From Thalia democratica (taxonomy: Eukaryota), in NCBI GenBank assembly GCA_965202585.1, contig OZ241826.1, positions 22,072,001 through 22,136,000 of the forward strand: a stretch of DNA of 64,000 nt. Reading direction: 5' to 3'. The number at the start of each line of letters is the position of its first letter. The first letter of the stretch is position 1. Positions 52,559 through 64,000 of this stretch are shown here, piece by piece. The notes below the pieces were generated by a model that made no database searches, was not told the origin of the DNA, and was given only the letters and a program-made list of their open reading frames with translations. The position numbers and the translations under genes were made by a program.

Positions 52559-53432
52559 ATGAGCTATAATGAAAAGCAAGCAAATGTTGCTATTGCACTT
52601 TTATATCGTATGTGTGCACTTATTGCGTGATTAATATTATTATTACGTTATTAATGACCGGTAGCACAATAGTAAACCTTTGTTTGAGTATAACAGTATA
52701 TTTTAAATAAGTAAATAAAACATACATTCGCGTTATTGGGGAAACAACATACGTAGTATGCAATGTAGCTGTTTTATTATCATTACATTAATAAATACAT
52801 GTATTTTACTCTTAACAAAATTCCTGATGAGTTTGTATTTTTCAGCTATGTTTAAAAGACTACCTTCGTAAATACCAATTAGCTATAAGTAGATACGTAT
52901 ATTATCGATCACATAGGAAACCCTTTTACACGCTTATATATTACTATTCAAAATAGTTATTTGTTAAAGAAATAATATTTTATTATGCAGTTACTTTAAC
53001 TAATGGTTTTATTTTTACAATTTACAAAAAGTATAGAAACAAAAAATTTTAGTTGAGAATCACTAAGTACTAAGCTTAATTTCCTTTTAGTTTAAATATT
53101 TTAAATAGGAGACAATTAAAACAACTCAAAGATAGTACAATATTAACAAAATACGTTAATTTTTTCTAATTACCATGTTTTTATACGTAATCTCATTGTT
53201 TTTTTTTTTGGTGCTTCAAGTACAAAAAAAGTTTAAACATGATGTTAACAAAACGACTTTATTTTGGTCAATTTGTATAAGTACAATTTTATTTTGTATT
53301 TTTGTATACTTTGTTTTTGATAGTTTTATATAAGTCTTTTTACATAAGATTTTCAGGAAACAGTTTAAAAGTGACGATTTGAGCAAGGTGGCCAAGGTTT
53401 TCTATCAAAAAATGAAATCCGTGCTACTTTGA
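52559..53432 (+). other. Candidate three-exon small ORF (48 aa); exons 52559-52607, 52846-52867, 53357-53432; duplicate at 59422-60295
   Basis: Donors gtatgt and gtaaat, acceptors tttttcag and ttttcag, phases 1 and 2 consistent; no recognised homology. Confidence 0.3.
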
Positions 53433-54594
53433 AGTTGACCCGTTTCTATTATTTATCTTAAACTTTATAAACATAAAAAAACTTAAAGTACTATTATGTG
53501 CAAGCATTATATTGTCAAATTTGAAAACAGTTATAAACAAATTAATAACTATTGAATGTATATTGAGTTTAAACCGTTGGAGCACCTTAAAATACGTTTA
53601 AATCTTAAAATAACTTTAGAAATTTTAGAACTTAAATTTATTAATTGTTTTGCACAAAAAATAATTTGATTTAAAATATAAAACTTTACTTTGTTAATGT
53701 TAAGTAAAACTTTGAAACTTATTTTTAAATTATAAAAACAATCAACACTTGTATAAGTTTTTTAAGTGGTCAAAAAACCTTAAATTTTATGCTAAACATT
53801 ACCAGACTAGTTACTTTCTATTTTTTAGATAAATTTTAAAACCTAGTTTGTAAAAAACTACAATAACAAAAAATTAACTTAAATACTAATTGTTTACGCT
53901 CAAATAACTGAAGAAGAAACGAATGTAAAATCTTTAGTTGTTTACAAAACTAACTACATGTATAATTATAAGTTTATCTATGTAAATGTGACACCGTGCT
54001 AAAGTAAAATGCTTAACCACTATAGTTTAAAAAATGCTTTAAAAAAAAAAACACAAAAATATAAAAAATTACAAACTGATTACTACTTTTACTCAGTTTT
54101 ACTTAATTCATTTTTGATATAAAAAACTATTGTAGTATTTTGCAGTTTAACAAATTTGAGATATCTATATGAGTATAGATGATTTAGTAACATATACTTG
54201 ACTTGATTTACTGTTTAACTTTAATAACTTCAATAACATCAAATACCTACTTAATTCATCATTTGTTGTTTTTAAGAGTAAAGAGTAAATGAAAAATAAA
54301 AACTTTATCAAATTGCAAATTCAAGTAAAAAGACCGAGAAAAACAGTTTTTTTAAAGTTATTGTTTTCAATTAGTAAAAAATGACAATTAAAAAAACAGT
54401 TCAATTAAGATATTACCATTTTTGTATAAAGTAAAACTATAAAGGTAAGTTTGAAAAACATGAGCTTTAAAATATTTAAGCAAAAGAAAATTCATTGTAT
54501 CTAAACTGCATGGTAACAATTAAAATTTGAAAAATTACGAATTCATGTTAATTTAAGTGTATATAGTTACATATGAAAAGATAAAACTAAAAGT

Positions 54595-56534
54595 TTAAAA
54601 TATATTTTTTTTCATTTCGCACAGCCCATGGAAATCAGCTCCATTGTAATTTACCCAACTGCAATCTACGTCGTTGAGTTCAGAATATTCTCTTGAAACA
54701 TACAAACAATGTTCTTTGCCTCTACTGTTGTTAGGCTCACCCGCTCTAAAATAGTACAGAAAAGACGCGTCTTTAACAATATTAACCGTCTCACCATTCA
54801 CATATCTGAAAAATCCTTCTGTTTGGCGATCTGTGATGCCTACCCAAACATGCTTTCCGGATGACTCTACCATTTTTCGTAATTGTCTGAATTGTTAAAC
54901 AAGATATTAATACAAGCCTGTGGCTGTGCAAACTTTTAATTATATTTTTTGTTTAAATTGTTCAAAATAACTATGAAACTATGATTTACTTTTTACTTTT
55001 TATATTTGCTATATATTAGTTTTTTTATCTTTTTTATTGTACCTTTTTTCAGAAAAACTAGTCTAACTTTTGTAGTCTACAGAGTAATTTACATTTTACA
55101 AATAAATGTAAATTAAGTCAGTTTTTTTTTTACTGATATACAAACCTTTTAGTTCTACTACTTATATTTAAATGTAGTTAACAACTAACGAATGATACTT
55201 AATACCAGCTTCACCGAAATTTATATGTATGAGATCGCCCTTCATGTCTTGACATTGTTTTCGACACTCATCAAAGGTTCCTTTACTTGGTGTGATCTTG
55301 AATGTGTATTCAAAAACTGGTAAAAGATAAGTTGTTGCTATATGATTTAAGTATTATTTTCTATCTTATTTATAAGCGATAGATAATAAAAATAAATTAT
55401 TTAGAATATACTTCATTCATTTAAAAGTCTTATTGTTCAGATTAAATTGTTTTCTAACAATAGTGGTTTGGTGGATAAGTTTTACTGTTATTTATTTCTT
55501 AGATCCTAAATAAGTAAAAATAAGTTAAGTATTTTTTTAACAAATTATTTTCTAACAAGTTTCATTTATTTTTGTTACAATTTGGTCAACAGTATCTTTC
55601 AGTGTTGAAACTTGCTGACTCAGCAACTTATTTTCCCGATCGATCATTTGAAATTTATCTATGACGTCACAATTAGCACCTGGTTCTCCTTTTTCACCTG
55701 AATAATATTTCATTATAAGTAACTCTAATGTTTAATCTAAATAAAGCTTATTGGTTTATTAATACTTGTTTAAACAAAGTTTGGGCAACGTTTTATGTTG
55801 ACGGGAATGTGCACTCCTTGATGGGCCATAGCATTTGATTTATTTTAATCATGATTAATTATTAATCATACAATTAAAAAACAACACAGTATTAGAAATA
55901 AATGATCTTTGTTTTTATTATATCAAATTTAAATTTAAAGTTTCCCATAGACCTAAGACCTTTTTTTTTGCTCTTTGTACAAAATCCTACATATTTAGTG
56001 TTAGTTTAGTTTAACGGGTATTATTCATATACTCGTAGGTAGAATATTTATTTTTACGGCCAAGATTCCACTCATTTTTTTTAACACTGATTGTCCATCA
56101 TTTTCACTATGCTGGCCGTTTGTTGCTCACCACTAACATAAATCAAATATGTAATATTTCAAAAAGTTAAAGGTTATTTTATTAATTTATATATAAAAAG
56201 ATAGTCCTATTATCATACAAAGTAATTTTAAATTTTAATTATTTTAAAACCACTACAATTACGTGTTCATATATAAGTTAATATTTTTTTGTTAAAGTTA
56301 AAGGAGATATCTTAAATTTTTTTATATTGATTTAAAAACCTTTTTCTTCAAGAAAAAAATGTTTTCACTAAATTACACTAAATTATTAAAATCTTTTTGA
56401 CCTTTCGTATTTGTGTTACTGTTACAAAAGAGTTTTCTGATTGCAGCAAGTTTAAATTTGCCATCATCATGAGAAGTAGTTTGACTTGCAGCGCCATGAA
56501 TATAGATCAGAAAAGCAATAAACAAAAGTTTCAT
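54595..56534 (-). CDS. Secreted mini-collectin-like C-type lectin 3 (~230 aa); exons 56534-56402, 55697-55557, 55316-55190, 54886-54595
   Basis: Signal peptide MKLLFIAFLIYIHGAASQ; GEK-GEP-GAN; neck; CRD with EPNNSRGKEHC and LND; same exon phases as the paralogues. Confidence 0.9.
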
Positions 56535-58181
56535 TCTAATAAAGTTCTAAAGACTTTACGGCAAAATGTTTGATTTAAAACTTATAATAAAAAACAATTA
56601 TAACACGATCTTTTTTGTTGTACTAGTATTTTTTAGACATCTATAAACTCTATGAACTATTAAGAAGAACATTTTTATAATATTTTAAACTTATAGTCTT
56701 ATTTATTTTTAGCACTTTTTATTTACTGCAAAACTTAAACTATCAAAATTTATAAGCAAAAACAATTTTTTTTAAGAATTTGTTTTATTTTTCATGACGT
56801 TTACGTATCTTTTCTTTTAAACCAAAACAAAAAAGTCTTAAAATTAATTAATAATTCTTAGAATTTAGTTTCAAGAAGACAATTTATATATAGATTTTTT
56901 ACGACAAACTAATTTCATTAAGCACTTATAAAAGGAACCAACATTAACTTAGCTTAAATTTTTTTTTATAAATAATACTCAACAAAGTAAAAATGATTAA
57001 AAATATTTAAAAAAGCTTATTGCTGTTTAAGTTAAACTGATTGGTATTTCCGAACTCATTCAACTTATATCAAATGACTGTTTTGCTATCACCTGTACAA
57101 TATTATTGTAACGTGATGTTTTGTGTTTTTACAAAGGGCATGAATAAAACACACGTTTTTATTTATAATGACTGTGCAATTTATGAAGTATATAGATAAA
57201 TTACAAAAATAAATCATATGTTTTAAGATAAATACGTTTATAAACACACCTTTTGTAAATACAAAAACAAGTTGTGTAAGTGGTATTCTAAAATGTTTGA
57301 AAAAAAAAATACTACAATGACTATCAAAAACTTGATGTTTTTTTAAAGGGTGTAAACTGTTCAGCACTAACACGCTTTAAATTATCATAGAATATAAATA
57401 CAAGCTTTAGTTCACCAAAATGTTTTGAAATCTTTTCCTGAACTTTAGGTTCCTTTGGCCAAACTTTTTGAGCGCTTATTTATCGTTCAATAAGCTTTAC
57501 AATTAATTCATAAGTTAATGAAAGCTTTTTATTTTTTACTAGAGTATATTTTAAGTTATTTGATACAAATGAAACATGTACAATACAGCTTAAAACGAAA
57601 ATTAAAGTGAATTATAATGCTGTTTAAATAATTAAATTTTTAAATATATCTAAAAATATTCACTGAAACAATTTAAAAGATCTTCAAAGAAAATGACGAT
57701 TAATCGTGTATCGGTATTAAAGTTTTTAATAAGATAGTACTGTGAATAAACTTAGACGATTGTTTTTACATGATTTTTATTCTGTAATTAGATTAAAATT
57801 AAATTATACTTGAATAATAAAAAATCATCACTTCTTTTATCAGTTTAAAATATTTTTAAACTAAGGTTCTTAAATTGTGTTATTTTTCATGAATAGCTTA
57901 GCTTTTAAATATAACCAAACTCATTTTAAGCTGTTATACTAAACCAAAACTTGGTGCTTTAAGCGTATTAAACATTTTTAATAAGTATAATTTCGAAGTT
58001 AAACTTTGTTTGTAATTAGTGCAGTGTTTTAAAAAGCCTATTATACTGTGAAGTGTTTTTTTTTTAATTTTAATTAGGTTTAGTTTTTAAATAAAAAATG
58101 TTTTAAAATACTTTTGGAATACTGTTTATTTCTTAAACCATAAACTAAATAACTTTAAATTAAACTTAAAACTCAATTAAA

Positions 58182-61100
58182 AAGCTGCATAGAAAAACTG
58201 TTATGTAGTAAAATTAAAACTTTGCAACGAAATAAACATGTGTAGAAAAATAATCTTTTTGTTATTATATTCTATCGATTAAGATGATATTAAAAATGGA
58301 TATAAAAAAATAGCTTCGTTTCCTCAGTGAAATTTGAAAATATTAAGTTTCTTAAGCAATGTTAACGGTCATAAGCAGCTTAGATTTAAAAAAAGTAAAA
58401 TTCACTTCAAACTGTTTTACATAATCAAAACTAAGTGTTAAAAATATTTTAAGTATATTAGATATGTTTTAATTAGTTGTAAGTTTTGACTGTAACTATG
58501 TTTAAAATTACTACTAAAATTTCAGATACTTATAATGACTTGGAATTAAAAGCTTGACTTTATCTAAACGTGTTTTATTTGTTAAGAGACTTAGTTTGTT
58601 AAATCTTAAATAAGCTTTAAGTTTTCTCATAATCAAAGTGTAAAAATTCAATACTTTTAACTTTTTTTCTATGTAAAAACATTTAGTTTTTAAAACATTT
58701 CGCAATTAGCACATATTTACCTTTGAAGTTAGTTACTTTCTGTTAAACAAACAAAATTAGTAAGTTTACATACTTTCTATCGCTCTTAGTTACATAAATT
58801 CCTTTCAAAAAATAGAGATAAAAAGTAAGTTTTAAAGAACTTTATATTTAATGAAAAGTTTATTTTAAAGTACTCTATTTTATTTAAATTAAATAAGTAA
58901 AAACGTTTATTGAAATGTACTACTGTAGCGCAAGTTTTTTATTCATTTTTCGGTCTACAAAATATTATCGGTGATTCTTAAGTTTATATGTTGCTAACAG
59001 CAGATTAGATAAAATTTGTAAATTAAACTTTTTACTTATTCTCAATGTTGTGCTATATAGGTCAAGAATAATTACATTTGTAAAACAAGTTATTATTTGA
59101 TTGTTCTCAAATACTTAATTTTAAGCTAACTAAACAATGTTTGTTTTAAAATAATAGGTCAAAAAAAAAAAGGTTTATAAAAAAGTAAAAAAAAAATTAT
59201 AAAACAAAATTATCTTTATATCTCTAAAAATGTTACATTATATAAAAAAAGTATAAAAACACTACATAACTTTAAAAAAAAAATTATTAAATACGTCGTT
59301 TTGTTACAAGTAAATAAAACACAGACAATGAGACTTTATTTTGTTTGATTTACACCGAACACAATATTATTGAGGTCACTATGGTTTGAGTAAAACAGTA
59401 TTTAAAAAATATCCTTTGTCCATGAGCTATAATGAAAAGCAAGCAAATGTTGCTATTGCACTTTTATATCGTATGTGTGCACTTATTGCGTGATTAATAT
59501 TATTATTACGTTATTAATGACCGGTAGCACAATAGTAAACCTTTGTTTGAGTATAACAGTATATTTTAAATAAGTAAATAAAACATACATTCGCGTTATT
59601 GGGGAAACAACATACGTAGTATGCAATGTAGCTGTTTTATTATCATTACATTAATAAATACATGTATTTTACTCTTAACAAAATTCCTGATGAGTTTGTA
59701 TTTTTCAGCTATGTTTAAAAGACTACCTTCGTAAATACCAATTAGCTATAAGTAGATACGTATATTATCGATCACATAGGAAACCCTTTTACACGCTTAT
59801 ATATTACTATTCAAAATAGTTATTTGTTAAAGAAATAATATTTTATTATGCAGTTACTTTAACTAATGGTTTTATTTTTACAATTTACAAAAAGTATAGA
59901 AACAAAAAATTTTAGTTGAGAATCACTAAGTACTAAGCTTAATTTCCTTTTAGTTTAAATATTTTAAATAGGAGACAATTAAAACAACTCAAAGATAGTA
60001 CAATATTAACAAAATACGTTAATTTTTTCTAATTACCATGTTTTTATACGTAATCTCATTGTTTTTTTTTTTGGTGCTTCAAGTACAAAAAAAGTTTAAA
60101 CATGATGTTAACAAAACGACTTTATTTTGGTCAATTTGTATAAGTACAATTTTATTTTGTATTTTTGTATACTTTGTTTTTGATAGTTTTATATAAGTCT
60201 TTTTACATAAGATTTTCAGGAAACAGTTTAAAAGTGACGATTTGAGCAAGGTGGCCAAGGTTTTCTATCAAAAAATGAAATCCGTGCTACTTTGAAGTTG
60301 ACCCGTTTCTATTATTTATCTTAAACTTTATAAACATAAAAAAACTTAAAGTACTATTATGTGCAAGCATTATATTGTCAAATTTGAAAACAGTTATAAA
60401 CAAATTAATAACTATTGAATGTATATTGAGTTTAAACCGTTGGAGCACCTTAAAATACGTTTAAATCTTAAAATAACTTTAGAAATTTTAGAACTTAAAT
60501 TTATTAATTGTTTTGCACAAAAAATAATTTGATTTAAAATATAAAACTTTACTTTGTTAATGTTAAGTAAAACTTTGAAACTTATTTTTAAATTATAAAA
60601 ACAATCAACACTTGTATAAGTTTTTTAAGTGGTCAAAAAACCTTAAATTTTATGCTAAACATTACCAGACTAGTTACTTTCTATTTTTTAGATAAATTTT
60701 AAAACCTAGTTTGTAAAAAACTACAATAACAAAAAATTAACTTAAATACTAATTGTTTACGCTCAAATAACTGAAGAAGAAACGAATGTAAAATCTTTAG
60801 TTGTTTACAAAACTAACTACATGTATAATTATAAGTTTATCTATGTAAATGTGACACCGTGCTAAAGTAAAATGCTTAACCACTATAGTTTAAAAAATGC
60901 TTTAAAAAAAAAAACACAAAAATATAAAAAATTACAAACTGATTACTACTTTTACTCAGTTTTACTTAATTCATTTTTGATATAAAAAACTATTGTAGTA
61001 TTTTGCAGTTTAACAAATTTGAGATATCTATATGAGTATAGATGATTTAGTAACATATACTTGACTTGATTTACTGTTTAACTTTAATAACTTCAATAAC

Positions 61101-64000
61101 ATCAAATACCTACTTAATTCATCATTTGTTGTTTTTAAGAGTAAAGAGTAAATGAAAAATAAAAACTTTATCAAATTGCAAATTCAAGTAAAAAGACCGA
61201 GAAAAACAGTTTTTTTAAAGTTATTGTTTTCAATTAGTAAAAAATGACAATTAAAAAAACAGTTCAATTAAGATATTACCATTTTTGTATAAAGTAAAAC
61301 TATAAAGGTAAGTTTGAAAAACATGAGCTTTAAAATATTTAAGCAAAAGAAAATTCATTGTATCTAAACTGCATGGTAACAATTAAAATTTGAAAAATTA
61401 CGAATTCATGTTAATTTAAGTGTATATAGTTACATATGAAAAGATAAAACTAAAAGTTTAAAATATATTTTTTTTCATTTCGCACAGCCCATGGAAATCA
61501 GCTCCATTGTAATTTACCCAACTGCAATCTACGTCGTTGAGTTCAGAATATTCTCTTGAAACATACAAACAATGTTCTTTGCCTCTACTGTTGTTAGGCT
61601 CACCCGCTCTAAAATAGTACAGAAAAGACGCGTCTTTAACAATATTAACCGTCTCACCATTCACATATCTGAAAAATCCTTCTGTTTGGCGATCTGTGAT
61701 GCCTACCCAAACATGCTTTCCGGATGACTCTACCATTTTTCGTAATTGTCTGAATTGTTAAACAAGATATTAATACAAGCCTGTGGCTGTGCAAACTTTT
61801 AATTATATTTTTTGTTTAAATTGTTCAAAATAACTATGAAACTATGATTTACTTTTTACTTTTTATATTTGCTATATATTAGTTTTTTTATCTTTTTTAT
61901 TGTACCTTTTTTCAGAAAAACTAGTCTAACTTTTGTAGTCTACAGAGTAATTTACATTTTACAAATAAATGTAAATTAAGTCAGTTTTTTTTTACTGATA
62001 TACAAACCTTTTAGTTCTACTACTTATATTTAAATGTAGTTAACAACTAACGAATGATACTTAATACCAGCTTCACCGAAATTTATATGTATGAGATCGC
62101 CCTTCATGTCTTGACATTGTTTTCGACACTCATCAAAGGTTCCTTTACTTGGTGTGATCTTGAATGTGTATTCAAAAACTGGTAAAAGATAAGTTGTTGC
62201 TATATGATTTAAGTATTATTTTCTATCTTATTTATAAGCGATAGATAATAAAAATAAATTATTTAGAATATACTTCATTCATTTAAAAGTCTTATTGTTC
62301 AGATTAAATTGTTTTCTAACAATAGTGGTTTGGTGGATAAGTTTTACTGTTATTTATTTCTTAGATCCTAAATAAGTAAAAATAAGTTAAGTATTTTTTT
62401 AACAAATTATTTTCTAACAAGTTTCATTTATTTTTGTTACAATTTGGTCAACAGTATCTTTCAGTGTTGAAACTTGCTGACTCAGCAACTTATTTTCCCG
62501 ATCGATCATTTGAAATTTATCTATGACGTCACAATTAGCACCTGGTTCTCCTTTTTCACCTGAATAATATTTCATTATAAGTAACTCTAATGTTTAATCT
62601 AAATAAAGCTTATTGGTTTATTAATACTTGTTTAAACAAAGTTTGGGCAACGTTTTATGTTGACGGGAATGTGCACTCCTTGATGGGCCATAGCATTTGA
62701 TTTATTTTAATCATGATTAATTATTAATCATACAATTAAAAAACAACACAGTATTAGAAATAAATGATCTTTGTTTTTATTATATCAAATTTAAATTTAA
62801 AGTTTCCCATAGACCTAAGACCTTTTTTTTTTGCTCTTTGTACAAAATCCTACATATTTAGTGTTAGTTTAGTTTAACGGGTATTATTCATATACTCGTA
62901 GGTAGAATATTTATTTTTACGGCCAAGATTCCACTCATTTTTTTTAACACTGATTGTCCATCATTTTCACTATGCTGGCCGTTTGTTGCTCACCACTAAC
63001 ATAAATCAAATATGTAATATTTCAAAAAGTTAAAGGTTATTTTATTAATTTATATATAAAAAGATAGTCCTATTATCATACAAAGTAATTTTAAATTTTA
63101 ATTATTTTAAAACCACTACAATTACGTGTTCATATATAAGTTAATATTTTTTTGTTAAAGTTAAAGGAGATATCTTAAATTTTTTTATATTGATTTAAAA
63201 ACCTTTTTCTTCAAGAAAAAAATGTTTTCACTAAATTACACTAAATTATTAAAATCTTTTTGACCTTTCGTATTTGTGTTACTGTTACAAAAGAGTTTTC
63301 TGATTGCAGCAAGTTTAAATTTGCCATCATCATGAGAAGTAGTTTGACTTGCAGCGCCATGAATATAGATCAGAAAAGCAATAAACAAAAGTTTCATTCT
63401 AATAAAGTTCTAAAGACTTTACGGCAAAATGTTTGATTTAAAACTTATAATAAAAAACAATTATAACACGATCTTTTTTGTTGTACTAGTATTTTTTAGA
63501 CATCTATAAACTCTATGAACTATTAAGAAGAACATTTTTATAATATTTTAAACTTATAGTCTTATTTATTTTTAGCACTTTTTATTTACTGCAAAACTTA
63601 AACTATCAAAATTTATAAGCAAAAACAATTTTTTTTAAGAATTTGTTTTATTTTTCATGACGTTTACGTATCTTTTCTTTTAAACCAAAACAAAAAAGTC
63701 TTAAAATTAATTAATAATTCTTAGAATTTAGTTTCAAGAAGACAATTTATATATAGATTTTTTACGACAAACTAATTTCATTAAGCACTTATAAAAGGAA
63801 CCAACATTAACTTAGCTTAAATTTTTTTTTATAAATAATACTCAACAAAGTAAAAATGATTAAAAATATTTAAAAAAGCTTATTGCTGTTTAAGTTAAAC
63901 TGATTGGTATTTCCGAACTCATTCAACTTATATCAAATGACTGTTTTGCTATCACCTGTACAATATTATTGTAACGTGATGTTTTGTGTTTTTACAAAGG
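58182..64000 (+). repeat. Tandem segmental duplication, unit 2 (truncated by the window end)
   Basis: Near-identical to 51320-57137. Confidence 0.95.
61458..63397 (-). CDS. Secreted mini-collectin-like C-type lectin 4, duplicate of lectin 3; exons 63397-63265, 62560-62420, 62179-62053, 61749-61458
   Basis: Exons appear identical to lectin 3 at offset +6863. Confidence 0.88.

Larger units (their letters stand above)
51320..58181 (+). repeat. Tandem segmental duplication, unit 1 (~6862 bp)
   Basis: Starts aagctgcatagaaaaactg; recurs at offset 6862-6863; identical ORFs at 51652/58514 and 54595/61458. Confidence 0.95.

Noticed and set aside
38730-58705. Short AT-rich ORFs (38730, 41956, 42305, 43502, 44640, 51652/58514, 57089)
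   Set aside because: Low-complexity F/L/I/K/Y translations expected by chance in intronic, repeat or intergenic AT-rich DNA.

Overview
Very AT-rich animal (invertebrate-like) genomic DNA with spliceosomal introns; the lineage cannot be fixed from sequence alone. Hand splicing gives eight protein-coding genes: an intronless BTB gene (-); a secreted mini-collectin-like C-type lectin (+); a secreted Ig + Link-like + 2xFN3-like gene (-); a BTB gene with seven NPF-acidic motifs (-); 40S ribosomal protein S12 (+); and three more mini-collectin paralogues (-), two of them in a near-identical 6.86-kb tandem duplication that runs off the window end. There are several MITE/foldback families and two diverged segmental repeats. 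The most unusual signal occurs in two unrelated genes (RPS12 and lectin 1): the intron opens with tandem, decaying copies of the upstream exon end plus its 5' splice site, and these copies appear to keep ancestral bases. The RPS12 exon concerned has 63/65 codons ending in G/C. No rRNA, tRNA or CRISPR array was seen. Exon boundaries were read by eye and need RNA confirmation.
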